A DNA stretch of 64,000 nucleotides from Candidatus Cloacimonadales bacterium. Lineage in GTDB: Bacteria > Cloacimonadota > Cloacimonadia > Cloacimonadales > JAFGVF01. Shown piece after piece: positions 10,631 through 21,153 of the stretch. Position numbers and translations under genes: made by a program. The stretch spans positions 864,001 to 928,000 of the forward strand of contig CAXXOU010000001.1 of the NCBI GenBank assembly GCA_963677495.2, given 5' to 3'. Positions within the stretch are counted from its first letter, which is position 1; each line of letters starts with the position of its first letter. The notes beneath the pieces are model-generated. The model did not search any database and had not been told where the DNA came from. It worked only from the letters and a program-made list of their open reading frames with translations.

Positions 10631-11573
10631 CAAAATAGAACGATTGATTTTTATGGGTACGTCTGATTTTGCCGTACCCGTTTTTTACAAACTAGTTAAT
10701 TCAGATTATAAACCAGTGTTACTTGTAACTCAACCTGAACGTAGATCAGGTAGAAGAAAAAATAAGAAACCTGAGCTTATAAAGCTAGCTGAAGAATACT
10801 CTGTGCCAATTTATCAACCTGATGATATTAACTCTGATGAAGCAATTATTTATCTTGCATCACTTAATGCAGATGTTATGATTACAGCTAGTTATGGTGC
10901 AATACTCAAGAAGAGAGTTAGGCTCTTAACTCATTTTGGATGCTATAATATTCATCCATCATTGCTCCCGCTTTATCGAGGAGCTACACCAGTAAACTTC
11001 CCTCTCTTCAATGGAGATTCAGTTACCGGCGTTACTATTTTCTTAATGAAAGCTAAAATGGATACCGGACCAATACTTATACAAGAAGAGTATAAGATTT
11101 CTGATGATGGTTGTTATACTGTTTTACAGAATAATCTATCAGAGTTTAGTGGTAAGTTATTAATTAAAGCTCTCAAAATGTTAGAAGAAGGTTCTTTTAA
11201 ACTTGTTACACAAGATCATGAAATAGCTACTTACACTAGAAAGATTGCTAAAGATGACTTACCAATTAACTGGAACGATGATGCTCAAAACATAGTTAAT
11301 AAGATTAAAGGGTTAGCCATTCTACCTGGAGCAAAGTCTAAGATAAAAGGTAAAGATATTAAGATAGTTTCAGCTAGAATCGGTCAAAGCTCCAATAATT
11401 CAAATCCCGGAGAAATAGTGGATATTATAAAGAAAGTTGGCTTTGAAGTTGTGGCTGGTAACAAACAGACAGTTATTATTACACAAGTTCAACCAGCCGG
11501 TAAAAAAGTTATGAACTGTTTTGATTATAATCTTGGTGCAAGATTAAGTGTAGGTGATTCCTTTGAAGAATAG
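10602..11573 (+). CDS. fmt: Methionyl-tRNA formyltransferase (exact start uncertain)
   Basis: IFMGTSDFA, NIHPSLLPLYRGATP, MDTGPI; follows def. Confidence 0.97.
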   Translation: MKMEKTLSSNKIERLIFMGTSDFAVPVFYKLVNSDYKPVLLVTQPERRSGRRKNKKPELIKLAEEYSVPIYQPDDINSDEAIIYLASLNADVMITASYGAILKKRVRLLTHFGCYNIHPSLLPLYRGATPVNFPLFNGDSVTGVTIFLMKAKMDTGPILIQEEYKISDDGCYTVLQNNLSEFSGKLLIKALKMLEEGSFKLVTQDHEIATYTRKIAKDDLPINWNDDAQNIVNKIKGLAILPGAKSKIKGKDIKIVSARIGQSSNNSNPGEIVDIIKKVGFEVVAGNKQTVIITQVQPAGKKVMNCFDYNLGARLSVGDSFEE

Positions 11574-12252
11574 ATTCATTAGCTATTCTCTGATAGTTGA
11601 TGTTGCTTTCATCCTGTTTTCTTACCTGTTTTTACTACTTTCATCACTAATTTATCCTGGGATAATAGCTTTAATTCTTGTTATTATAGTGAATCTTATA
11701 AACCTGATATCTGATTATACTTATAACAAATATTTAGTTGTATTTAGCAGATATTCACTAATGTTTTATTTCGATGTCTTAAGGTTCTTTACTCAACTTA
11801 GACTTCTAAACAAACAGAAGCTACGAAGAGCATTTATTGAAAGGAACAATGATCTTGTTGCCAGTCTTAAAAAACATTCACCTGATCAAGTAGTAATAAT
11901 ACTTCCTCATTGTTTGCAAGTAACTGATTGCAATATTCGTATTACTACAGATATAAGTAACTGTAAAATGTGTGGAAAGTGTTCAATAGGTGAGATTAGA
12001 AGAGTAACAGAAGAGTTTAGTATTAATCCATTTGTTGTTACTGGTGGAACATTAGCTAAAAGATTAGTCGCAGATCTTAAGCCGGAACTGGTTATTGCAG
12101 TAGCTTGTGAAAGAGATCTTGTTGAAGGTGTAAAAGAGGTATTCCCGTTCGAGGTTTATTGTATTATTAATATCAGACCTGAAGGTCCCTGTATTAATAC
12201 TACATTAAATGTTGATGAACTTAGAACTGCTATTTCAAAGCTTATAAAATAG
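11554..12252 (+). CDS. DUF116-family membrane-anchored Cys-rich protein
   Basis: LPHCLQ, CKMCGKCSIG, VVTGG, AVACERDL, EGPCINT. Confidence 0.8.
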   Translation: MIPLKNRFISYSLIVDVAFILFSYLFLLLSSLIYPGIIALILVIIVNLINLISDYTYNKYLVVFSRYSLMFYFDVLRFFTQLRLLNKQKLRRAFIERNNDLVASLKKHSPDQVVIILPHCLQVTDCNIRITTDISNCKMCGKCSIGEIRRVTEEFSINPFVVTGGTLAKRLVADLKPELVIAVACERDLVEGVKEVFPFEVYCIINIRPEGPCINTTLNVDELRTAISKLIK

Positions 12253-12344
12253 TGTTTCTATCGATAATTTTGTGATTCTTATATAAATTCATTACTTTAG
12301 AATATAATAGAGTTTAAACATGCTTTTTGAACCTTGGAGGAGAA

Positions 12345-13454
12345 ATGAAAAGTAGATTTGTATTAACAGTTTTTGCTATTTTTATTGTGTTTAACCTTTT
12401 CTCAACTCAGATGTTTTTTGATTTAGATGAAAAATCTGAAGAGATGACTTCACTTAGCATCCAAAGAAACAATGCTGTTACTCATGCTGTACAGAAAATT
12501 GAGCCTGCAGTTGTTAGTGTTAATGTTATAAAAACTGAAATAGTCAGAAAAAGAAATCCTTTTGCAAATCCATTCTTTGATGCATATCCATTTTTTAAAA
12601 CAGCCAGACAAGTAAAAAGTATAGGTTCAGGTGTTGTGATTAATCCTGATGGCTACATTATAACTAATGCACATGTGGTTGAAGGTGCTACTCAAATTAA
12701 AGTTACAACTCATAAAAGTGAAATCTACGAAAGTGAGATTATTGGAATTGATTCCGAACATGATATTGCAGTACTAAAAATAGATGGCAAAGATCTTGAT
12801 TATGCCTATTGTGGTGATTCTGCAGACTTAATTATTGGGGAGTGGGTAGTAGCTGTAGGCAATCCTTATGGCTTCTTAATGCCTGATTCAAAACCAAGTG
12901 TATCTGTTGGTGTTGTTTCTGCTGCCAATAGAAACTTCGGTGGTAGGAATGATCAAAAAGTCTATAAAGGAATGATCCAAACTGATGCTGCTATTAATCC
13001 TGGTAATAGTGGTGGACCTCTCGTAAACGTGTATGGTGAAATTATTGGTATTAATAGCTTTATCTTCTCCGAATCCGGTGGAAGTGTCGGGATCGGTTTT
13101 GCTATTCCAATCAATCGTGTAAAAAGGATTGTGAATGAGCTTGTTGATCATGGTAGAATCAGGCAAGTTAATTATGGGTTCAGAGTACAAGATATGAGCA
13201 AATCAATAGCTCAATATTTAAATATAGATGATATGCAAGGTGTTCTTGTATATGAAATTGATAGAAAAGGTCCTGCTGCAAAAGTAGGGTTACAGCTTAA
13301 AGATATTGTTGTTAGAATTAATCAAACCCCGATCTATAGCACTGAAGACATTGACCTTGCCATTACAGATATTTTTGTTGATGATCTTATAGAACTGGAA
13401 ATAGTCAGAGGTGGTAAGAAGAAGACCATTCTCATGAAGGCAAAATCTAAATAA
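12345..13454 (+). CDS. htrA: HtrA/DegP-family serine protease with one PDZ domain
   Basis: TNAHVV, DIAVLK, QTDAAINPGNSGGPL. The ATG at 12345 follows RBS ggagg; the ORF track starts at 12327. Confidence 0.9.
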   Translation: MKSRFVLTVFAIFIVFNLFSTQMFFDLDEKSEEMTSLSIQRNNAVTHAVQKIEPAVVSVNVIKTEIVRKRNPFANPFFDAYPFFKTARQVKSIGSGVVINPDGYIITNAHVVEGATQIKVTTHKSEIYESEIIGIDSEHDIAVLKIDGKDLDYAYCGDSADLIIGEWVVAVGNPYGFLMPDSKPSVSVGVVSAANRNFGGRNDQKVYKGMIQTDAAINPGNSGGPLVNVYGEIIGINSFIFSESGGSVGIGFAIPINRVKRIVNELVDHGRIRQVNYGFRVQDMSKSIAQYLNIDDMQGVLVYEIDRKGPAAKVGLQLKDIVVRINQTPIYSTEDIDLAITDIFVDDLIELEIVRGGKKKTILMKAKSK

Positions 13455-13503
13455 TAAACTAATGTTTCATTGAATTAACTCTAACCATTTAAGAAGATCA
13501 TCG

Positions 13504-13582
13504 CTTAGATGACTTATAGGTTTCCCTTGGGTCTCCCTTGCGATGCAAGAGTAACCCAAGAGTAAGGCATGGGAGAACTAAG
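13504..13582. repeat. 11-bp-phased inverted motif array (CTTG...CAAG)
   Basis: ctta 13504, cttg 13526, cttg 13537 | caag 13546, caag 13557, catg 13568, taag 13579; mirror-symmetric about 13543. Confidence 0.7.
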
Positions 13583-13636
13583 AGATAATTTTGCTTTCAT
13601 ATTAGTTTTAACTCTAATCAAAAGCTTTATGTTCTC

Positions 13637-13782
13637 TCAATGCTCTATCATAATAATTCATTAAAACAGATATTTATCTGCTCAGTTTCCGGAAACTCTC
13701 TTATGATTTTGCCCAGGAGAGGCCAAGAGACTCTTTAGAATCTGCCTCTCAAATCATGGGTATTATGATGGGGGCATGATAG
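13637..13782 (-). repeat. Dispersed block-conserved module, inverted homolog of 54420-54566
   Basis: Collinear shared blocks ctatcat, tcataat, ccatg, gattc, agtctcttgg, cataaga, gagcag and ttattatgatagagca. Linker lengths are equal except for one 1-nt indel. Confidence 0.75.
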
Positions 13783-13841
13783 GTAATTGGAATTGTATAT
13801 ATATTCAACAATAACAAATCCAATACAAGTGACTATTCTTC

Positions 13842-13945
13842 CAATAGCCTTTCAGTATCTATACTGTAGGTTTTCAATGGGTATACAACGCGTTGCATTG
13901 GTTGGCCGTTGGTGGACTATTGGTGGTGCGTTGCTTAGCCGTAGG
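13842..13945. repeat. 11-bp-phased inverted motif array (CAAY...RTTG)
   Basis: caat/cagt/ctgt/caat/caac at 13842, 13853, 13864, 13875, 13886; attg/gttg/attg/gttg/gtag at 13897, 13908, 13919, 13930, 13941. Confidence 0.65.
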
Positions 13946-14042
13946 TAGATGAATGAATTCAGTTTCATTTCAAATAGACTATTAGTGATTTATTCTTGAT
14001 TTTGAATAGCTGAAGAGCATTATTTATGGGAAACAGATTAAA

Positions 14043-14720
14043 CTATAGTAGGTTATCTCCGGCAAAGCTGAAGTAATTGTCGTTTGTTATAATAAAATGA
14101 TCAAGCACTCTGATATTGAAGTATGAAGCCGCTTTCTTGATTTTAGCAGTAATATCAATATCAGATTGAGATGGTTTTAGTGAACCACCCGGATGATTAT
14201 GAACCAAAATAAGCCCGGAAGCACCATTATTTAGGGCTTCTCTTATAATATTACTAACGTACACTTTAGCCTCATTTACTGAGCCTTTAGATACTGCTTT
14301 TAGTTTTATAACTGAATTTGAGTTATTGAGATATATTACAACAAATTCTTCATTAATCTTACCTTTAAGATTAAGATTTAGATAATCTATAACTTGTGAA
14401 ATAGATGTTAAAGCATCAGTTTTTGGAATCTTCTCATAGTTTAAGTAGTTAGCAATATCTTTGTGAATCTTCAATTGGATAGCACTTTTTTCACCAATAC
14501 CGGGTACATTACATAACTCTTTTACAGTAGCGTTCATAACTCCATTAACTGAGCCGAATATATCAATTAGTTCTTTAGCTAAGGGATTATTATTAGAGCG
14601 TGGAATAGCAGAATCAAGAATCATCTCAAGGATTTCATGGGGGAGAAAACCATCTATGCCGGATAAAAGATAACGGTCACGTAATCTCTTACGGTGACCG
14701 TTATAACTTTTCTTATCCAT
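14043..14720 (-). CDS. radC: RadC/JAB domain protein
   Basis: GHRKRLR, HhH motif VPGIGEK, JAB motif HNHPGG...PSQSD...VLDHFII. Confidence 0.95.
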   Translation of the reverse strand: MDKKSYNGHRKRLRDRYLLSGIDGFLPHEILEMILDSAIPRSNNNPLAKELIDIFGSVNGVMNATVKELCNVPGIGEKSAIQLKIHKDIANYLNYEKIPKTDALTSISQVIDYLNLNLKGKINEEFVVIYLNNSNSVIKLKAVSKGSVNEAKVYVSNIIREALNNGASGLILVHNHPGGSLKPSQSDIDITAKIKKAASYFNIRVLDHFIITNDNYFSFAGDNLL

Positions 14721-14725
14721 AAAGA

Positions 14726-14741
14726 TGTTCCACGTGGAACA
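14726..14741. promoter_or_regulatory. parS site
   Basis: Perfect palindrome TGTTCCACGTGGAACA in the 21-bp purE-radC gap, ~9 kb from oriC. Confidence 0.9.
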
Positions 14742-15191
14742 CTATTGTGATTGTTTAATTCTGAAGTCTTTCAGCTTTTCAGCAACTTGTTCGTCAAAGA
14801 GTGCAATAATTTCAGCAGCTAAAATAACTGCGTTTTTAGTGCCATTAATTGCTACAGTTGCGACTGGGATGCCTGTTGGCATCTGAACTATACTGTATAA
14901 AGCATCTTCACCTGAAAGGGTAGCACCTTTTAGAGGAACACCAATAACAGGAAGATGTGTATATGCAGCTACAACTCCAGGAAGATGAGCAGCCATACCG
15001 GCACCAGCGATTATTACGCTTACACCATCTCCTGGTGCATCTTCAACTAGTTTCTTGGTTTTTGCTGGATTTCTATGTGCCGATGATACATGAAAATCAT
15101 GCTCTAAACCAAACTTCTCAAAGTACTCAACCATAGGTTCATAATGTTTTATATCTGATTTACTCCCAAATAATACTCTTACTTTACTCAT
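14742..15191 (-). CDS. purE: N5-CAIR mutase
   Basis: GSKSD, SAHRNP, AGAGMAAHLPGV, SIVQMPTGIPVATV. Confidence 0.97.
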   Translation of the reverse strand: MSKVRVLFGSKSDIKHYEPMVEYFEKFGLEHDFHVSSAHRNPAKTKKLVEDAPGDGVSVIIAGAGMAAHLPGVVAAYTHLPVIGVPLKGATLSGEDALYSIVQMPTGIPVATVAINGTKNAVILAAEIIALFDEQVAEKLKDFRIKQSQ

Positions 15192-15202
15192 TTTTATTAC
15201 CT

Positions 15203-15892
15203 CTATTTGTAATCAACACTCGTTAAGACTTTATGTATCTCTTCAACGGTTGATGCATTATTAATAGTTTCTAAATTTTTCGCATTCATCATCATTTTTG
15301 AAAGGTATGAAAGAGAGAATAGATGTTGTTTATCATTATGTAATAGTAACATAAAGAATAGATTTACAGGTTTACCATCTTGTGCATCAAATTCAACACC
15401 CTCTACAGAACGACCAAGTAATATTGAAGGAGTCTTAATTTTACTTGGATGTAAATGTCTTGGGTGTAACAAAGCAACGCCGTTTCCAACAGCTGTTGAA
15501 ACTAATTCCTCTCTAGCAACAACGACTTCATAAAGCCATCTTGCATCTTTAACTATCTTATTCGCTTTAGCTTTCTCAGACATCATTCTGATTGCTTCAT
15601 ACTTGTTGTCAGGTGCCAAATCAAGGAATATCAACTCAGCATTAAAGTATTCCTCAAAACGACAAATCGTTTTCTTTAAAGCAAGTTGTTCCTCTTCAGA
15701 TTCAGAAAGATTAGATAACCACTCTTCGATAGAAGCTCTATGAATCCTTAGGTCTTTACCTTTCTTTTCAATCTCAAACAGGTTATCTTCAATCATTTCT
15801 AAAACGATTTTTTCGCTCAATTTCAGGAACTTCGCTGTTTCTCTAATCGTTAGAAGTTTTTTTACCATGTCTTCTCCATCCCGTTTATTCAT
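15203..15892 (-). CDS. Excisionase-like HTH fused to PTS EIIA (fructose/Ntr-type) domain; start may be 15868
   Basis: LLTIRETAKFLKLS HTH; REELVSTAVGNGVALLHP; GVEFDAQDGKPVNLFF. Confidence 0.85.
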   Translation of the reverse strand: MNKRDGEDMVKKLLTIRETAKFLKLSEKIVLEMIEDNLFEIEKKGKDLRIHRASIEEWLSNLSESEEEQLALKKTICRFEEYFNAELIFLDLAPDNKYEAIRMMSEKAKANKIVKDARWLYEVVVAREELVSTAVGNGVALLHPRHLHPSKIKTPSILLGRSVEGVEFDAQDGKPVNLFFMLLLHNDKQHLFSLSYLSKMMMNAKNLETINNASTVEEIHKVLTSVDYK

Positions 15893-15982
15893 TTTTTGTT
15901 TAAATTCATAATATTACAAGTAAATTTTTACTGATAACTAAAATCTTGACAAGAAAAATCAGCAAAAATATCTAAAATTGTT

Positions 15983-16498
15983 ATGAAATATATTAAACTA
16001 TGCTATTTGTTACTGTTAACTATTACATTGATCGGGTGCACATATTCTGTGTTTTCCAACCAACTTCCACATCTAAAAAATGTGTATATTGAACCAATAA
16101 TAAATAAAACCGAAGAAGTTGATATAGAAACTGAAATGTTTAATGCTATTAGTGATAAGTATATTGAGGATGGAAGGTTAAGTATTGTTTCCCAACAACC
16201 TGACTGTATTATTGTTTGTGAAATATTATCATACCAAGATAAGATTTACACTTATGATGAATCCAATAACGTTAAAGAATATCAGGTAAAGATGGTATTC
16301 AGCGTTTCATTCACTGATATTGATAATGAACTTGTTATTTTTGAAAACAAGAGTTTGATTAAAACAGAGAAATATCCTGCAGATGTTTCTGATCCGGATT
16401 ATACAGACTCAGATATTCTCTCTGAAGAAGATGCTAGAAACGAGATTTATCAAGAAGTTTTTAATACAATAATGACCAACACGCTTGAGGCTTGGTAA
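15983..16498 (+). CDS. lptE: LPS assembly lipoprotein LptE family
   Basis: Lipobox LIGC-TYS, LPHLKNVYIEPIINKT; size and motifs fit LptE. Confidence 0.75.
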   Translation: MKYIKLCYLLLLTITLIGCTYSVFSNQLPHLKNVYIEPIINKTEEVDIETEMFNAISDKYIEDGRLSIVSQQPDCIIVCEILSYQDKIYTYDESNNVKEYQVKMVFSVSFTDIDNELVIFENKSLIKTEKYPADVSDPDYTDSDILSEEDARNEIYQEVFNTIMTNTLEAW

Positions 16499-17247
16499 TG
16501 AACGAAAAAATGATAAGAATTAATAAATTTCTTGCTAAATGTGGTTTAGGATCTAGAAGAAAGGTTGAAGAATTTGTTACTAATGGTGAAGTAACTGTCA
16601 ATGGAAACACTATTTACGACCTTTCATTTAAAGTAGATCCAGTTCAAGATATTGTTAAATACAAAGGGAAGCTTGTTAAAGCTAGTAATGATGTTGTCTA
16701 TATAATGCTTAACAAACCACCAAACTATGTTGTCACTAAAAGCGATGAATTTAATAGAAAAACCGTATATGATCTTTTGCCGGAAGAAGCTAGATTGTTG
16801 AATCCCATTGGTAGACTTGACAAAGATTCAGAAGGATTATTATTATTGACTAATGATGGAGAGTTTTCTAATAATATAATTCATCCAAGGTATAAATTAC
16901 CAAAAGCTTATCTTGTAAAAGTTAAGGGATCTATTAATGATGAGAAAGTTAACAGACTCAGAAGTGGAATTATAATCGAAGATAAGATTACGAATCCTGC
17001 TAAAGTTTTTTTGCTTGAGAAAACCGATTCTGATGCATATCTCAAAATAATTATCAATGAAGGTCGTAAGAGACAGATAAGACTCATGTTAAAAGCTGTT
17101 GAGTGTGAAGTTACTGAGTTGAAAAGAACCCAGATTGGTGAAGTTTCATTAGGTAATCTTCCAAGAGGGATGTGGAGATATTTGTTACCAAAAGAGGTTT
17201 TATCACTTATAACTATGAGCCGTAATAAGAGTAGGAGAAATAAATGA
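16492..17247 (+). CDS. rluB: RsuA/RluB-family pseudouridine synthase
   Basis: S4 domain RINKFLAKCGLGSRR, LNKP, GRLDKDSEGLLLLTNDG, EGRKRQIR. Confidence 0.85.
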   Translation: MVMNEKMIRINKFLAKCGLGSRRKVEEFVTNGEVTVNGNTIYDLSFKVDPVQDIVKYKGKLVKASNDVVYIMLNKPPNYVVTKSDEFNRKTVYDLLPEEARLLNPIGRLDKDSEGLLLLTNDGEFSNNIIHPRYKLPKAYLVKVKGSINDEKVNRLRSGIIIEDKITNPAKVFLLEKTDSDAYLKIIINEGRKRQIRLMLKAVECEVTELKRTQIGEVSLGNLPRGMWRYLLPKEVLSLITMSRNKSRRNK

Positions 17248-18320
17248 AAATAGGTATTATTGGATTACCTAAATCAGGTAAAACAACGATTTTTAATGCA
17301 CTTACCGGATTAGATATCGATACTAGTAGCTTTGGAGGAAATACTGATGTTAACCAAGGTGTGGTTGAAGTATTTGATCCAAGAATCAAAGAGATGTCTG
17401 ATGCATATAAGCCTAAAAAGACTATATATGCCAATATAGAGTATGTAGATTATCCGGGTATGGAAGAGGGTGCCGGTAGTGCTGATTTAATGAAAGGTGC
17501 TGTAGGTGGCTTAATTAAAAATTCAGATGCATTTGCTATTATTTTACGAAACTTTAATGATGATATTGTAAATAGCATGCAGGGAGAAATAAACCCGCAA
17601 AGTGACCTTTTATCAATAGATTCTGAGTTGGTTATTAATGATTTGATTATTATTGAAAAAAGACTTGAAAAGATTGAACTTGGGTATAAAAGAGGTATTA
17701 AAGATAATGCGATACAGCTTGAGGAAAAAATACTTCGTAAACTTGTTGATAAACTCAATGAAGAGATTCCTTTACGTGATGTTGAACTCACTGATGATGA
17801 GCTTAAAACAATACGAGGTTTTCAGTTCTTAAGTCTAAAGCCAATCATGGTTATTATAAACTCGGATGATAATAATTTCGGTCAGAATCAGGAGCTAATA
17901 AATAAGCTTTCTGAAAACTATAAAGTTATTGAGTTTGCCGGTAAGTTCGAGTGTGAGCTTAAAGATCTAGATGAAGAAGACGCAGCTATATTTATGGAAG
18001 ATATGGGTATAACTGAATCAGCAAGAGAGCTTTTAACACAGATTTCTTATGAATTATTAGGTTATATAAGCTTCTTCACAGTTGGCTCAGACGAAGTACG
18101 AGCATGGACAATAGAAGATGGAACAAATGCAGTAGATGCTGCAGGTAAAATACATAGTGATTTAGCTAGAGGATTTATCCGAGCTGAATGCTTTAATTAT
18201 AAAGATTGGAAAGAGTTAGGATCTGAAAGAGCTATTAGAGAAAAAGGCTTATTCAGACTAGAAGGTAAAACATACATTGTTTTAGATGGAGATGTACTAA
18301 ATATAAGGTTTAACGTATAA
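17244..18320 (+). CDS. ychF: YchF/Obg-like ATPase
   Basis: GLPKSGKTT P-loop, FFTVGSDEVRAW, AAGKIHSDLARGFIRAE, RLEGKTYIVLDGD. Confidence 0.93.
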   Translation: MKIGIIGLPKSGKTTIFNALTGLDIDTSSFGGNTDVNQGVVEVFDPRIKEMSDAYKPKKTIYANIEYVDYPGMEEGAGSADLMKGAVGGLIKNSDAFAIILRNFNDDIVNSMQGEINPQSDLLSIDSELVINDLIIIEKRLEKIELGYKRGIKDNAIQLEEKILRKLVDKLNEEIPLRDVELTDDELKTIRGFQFLSLKPIMVIINSDDNNFGQNQELINKLSENYKVIEFAGKFECELKDLDEEDAAIFMEDMGITESARELLTQISYELLGYISFFTVGSDEVRAWTIEDGTNAVDAAGKIHSDLARGFIRAECFNYKDWKELGSERAIREKGLFRLEGKTYIVLDGDVLNIRFNV

Positions 18321-20536
18321 TGCCAACAAAAAAGAAAAGCAGTAAAAAGAAGAACAAGAAGAAGTTAGCTACCAACACTGAAATTACTTTATTAACTTTA
18401 TCTGCAATTTTATTAGTGATCTTAGCAATACTATCATTGCTCCCGGCAAGTGAAGCTATTACTGAAGACTTTAATAATATTGGAAACGAAGGTTATAATT
18501 ACAAGAATTTAATTGGTAAGATGGGTGTTTATGCAGGATATGGTATATCATACTTTTGGGGACATTCGTTAAGCCTTGTCCTAAGTTTAAGTTTACTCAT
18601 TATTCTAATTCTTACTTTCGTTAAACTTCAAGATAAGACCTCATTCTTAAAGCTTATCTTGAAGTTAAATCTATTTGCTTTTCTTTTGCAGACACTCCTT
18701 ATGGTAGGTCAATCAGAATTAACTCTAAACAATGGCTTTATCAGCTATAATATTAACCAATTCATGAAGAATACGTTCAGTATTACTGGTTCTATCATTA
18801 TTCTTTCATTTCTTAACCTTATATCTTTAGCTATGATTGTGGGTTTCGATAGGATTTCTTCAATCTTCATGCGTAAATCAGAATCCTTCCCTAAAAAAAA
18901 GGTAAGGGAGAGAGCTAAGAAAGAGAGGAAGGTCATAAGTAAGGATAAGGCATCTGATTTGGTTATCCCAACTGAGGAATCTCCTGAGATTGTAATAAAC
19001 AATCATACAGACTACAAAGAGTCTGAAACAAAACCTGCTAAACCGGCAACAAGAAATACTGAGAATGATAATTTTGAGATAGAAGACTATGTGTTACCTA
19101 ACATTAATGAAATTCTTACATCCCCTCCTAAATCAAATAAGAAAGCAAAGAGTGCTACTGAAGCGGAGATTAAGAGAATAAGTTCTGTTTTAAAGGAGAA
19201 ACTTTCAGAATTTGATATAGATTGTGATGTAATTAATGTGAATGTTGGACCAATTATCACTCAATATGAGCTTAAACCTGCACCAGGTGTTAAAGTTAAT
19301 AAATTCACACAATTAGCTGATGATTTAGCTTTAGCTTTAAAAGCTAAATCCATACGTATTCAAGCTCCGATTCCAGGACGTGGTTTGATTGGAATCGAAC
19401 TTCCTAATGATGATAGAGATATTATCTATTTGAAAGATGTTTTGATGTCTGAGTCTTCTAGTACAGCAAAGTTTAAGCTTGGTATCGCACTTGGAAAAGA
19501 TATTTCCGGTATGCCTGTGATGGGTGATTTATCTAAGATGCCCCATCTTCTTGTGGCGGGTGCAACAGGTTCCGGTAAGAGTGTATGTGTAAATACTATC
19601 ATAACCAGTTTAATCTTTAAGAAGAGACCCGATGAGTTAAGAATGATTCTCATAGATCCCAAACGAGTTGAGTTAGCTCCATATGCAACAATACCTCATT
19701 TGATTGGTGAAGTTGTTACTGATCCTGATAATGCCCTTGAAAACATGCAATGGGCTGAGAATGAGATGGAAAGAAGATATTCACTTCTACAGGAGCTAAG
19801 AGTCAGAGATTTAATATCCTATAATAATAAAGTTACTAAAATGAATCAGAACTTAGCAGAAGATGAAGAGAAGGAACATTTTAATCTTCCTTACATTGTG
19901 ATTATAGTAGATGAATTTGCTGACCTTATTATGACAGCCGGAAGAGATATAGAATTACCTATTACCAGACTAGCTCAAAAAGCTCGTGCAGTTGGTATCC
20001 ATTTGATATTAGCAACACAAAGACCTTCTAGAAAGGTTATTACAGGTCTTATCAAAGCAAATTTCCCTTCTCGTATTTCGTTCCAAGTATCATCTAGAGT
20101 TGAATCTAGCATTATTCTTGATACAACCGGTGCAGAGAAGTTGCTTGGTCGCGGAGATATGCTTTATTTGCCTGCAGGTTCCGGTTTCCCGGAAAGGGTT
20201 CATGGCTGTTTTGTCTCTGATGAAGAGGTTGTGGAACTTTGTGATTATCTGGAAACACAACCAAAGCCGGTTGAGATTAGGGTCAAGAAAGAGGTAAGTG
20301 AAAATGACTTAACTCTTGATTATGATGATGATCTATTTCCAGATGCAGCTAAGCTGGTAGTAGAAAACAATATGGCCTCAGTATCAATGTTACAGAGACA
20401 TTTTAAAATAGGTTATGCCCGTGCCGGAAGAATCGTAGATATGTTGGAATCTGCAGGAATAGTAGGTCCACATTTAGGTAGTAAATCTAGGGAAGTGATA
20501 GCAAAACAAGAGGACTTAGATAGATATGGTTTATAA
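18320..20536 (+). CDS. ftsK: DNA translocase FtsK
   Basis: N-terminal TM segments, PHLLVAGATGSGKS, IVDEFAD, LATQRPS, gamma domain SMLQRHFKIGYARAGR. Confidence 0.98.
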   Translation: MPTKKKSSKKKNKKKLATNTEITLLTLSAILLVILAILSLLPASEAITEDFNNIGNEGYNYKNLIGKMGVYAGYGISYFWGHSLSLVLSLSLLIILILTFVKLQDKTSFLKLILKLNLFAFLLQTLLMVGQSELTLNNGFISYNINQFMKNTFSITGSIIILSFLNLISLAMIVGFDRISSIFMRKSESFPKKKVRERAKKERKVISKDKASDLVIPTEESPEIVINNHTDYKESETKPAKPATRNTENDNFEIEDYVLPNINEILTSPPKSNKKAKSATEAEIKRISSVLKEKLSEFDIDCDVINVNVGPIITQYELKPAPGVKVNKFTQLADDLALALKAKSIRIQAPIPGRGLIGIELPNDDRDIIYLKDVLMSESSSTAKFKLGIALGKDISGMPVMGDLSKMPHLLVAGATGSGKSVCVNTIITSLIFKKRPDELRMILIDPKRVELAPYATIPHLIGEVVTDPDNALENMQWAENEMERRYSLLQELRVRDLISYNNKVTKMNQNLAEDEEKEHFNLPYIVIIVDEFADLIMTAGRDIELPITRLAQKARAVGIHLILATQRPSRKVITGLIKANFPSRISFQVSSRVESSIILDTTGAEKLLGRGDMLYLPAGSGFPERVHGCFVSDEEVVELCDYLETQPKPVEIRVKKEVSENDLTLDYDDDLFPDAAKLVVENNMASVSMLQRHFKIGYARAGRIVDMLESAGIVGPHLGSKSREVIAKQEDLDRYGL

Positions 20537-21143
20537 AAGAATTTTAGTAGTAATAATACTATCCATGACTATAGCATTGTTCAGTCTCAGTAACAATGAT
20601 GCTTATGTAAATATTAAGAATGCGTATAGTAATCTCGAGCAGTTTCAAGCCGATATTACACAGTTAAATACTTTCGAAAGTGAGAATATTGAGATAGAAT
20701 CAAAAGGTATTTTCTATTATACAAAAGAGCGTATAGCGATTAAATATAGTGAACCTCAGAAGCAGGAGATCTATATGAATGGTAATCAAGTTCTTTTCTT
20801 TGATGCAGATTCAAATACTTGTGTTGAGATGATGAACAATGATAGTCAAGTACATTTAAACCCTGTATACATGATTGATAACTATTGGAAGTATTCTGAT
20901 AAGAAGATTAAGAAGCTAAAGGGTAATTACGTAATCATTCTGAGGCCATTACAGGAGAAAGAGTTTATACAGATAGATGTTCACGTGAATAAGAAAACTT
21001 TTCTTATTGAAAGATTGGTTTATATTGACATTGGAAACAATGTAGTCGATATTAAGTTTCAAAATATAAACACAGTCGATAAAATCAAAGCAGATGTTTG
21101 GAAGTTAAATCTTCCTGAAGATGTTAACTATATAAAGAGATAG
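20526..21143 (+). CDS. lolA: Outer-membrane lipoprotein carrier LolA
   Basis: Signal peptide, FQADITQ...GIFYY...YSEP pattern, position directly after ftsK. Confidence 0.85.
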   Translation: MVYKRILVVIILSMTIALFSLSNNDAYVNIKNAYSNLEQFQADITQLNTFESENIEIESKGIFYYTKERIAIKYSEPQKQEIYMNGNQVLFFDADSNTCVEMMNNDSQVHLNPVYMIDNYWKYSDKKIKKLKGNYVIILRPLQEKEFIQIDVHVNKKTFLIERLVYIDIGNNVVDIKFQNINTVDKIKADVWKLNLPEDVNYIKR

Positions 21144-21153
21144 GAGATTTCAT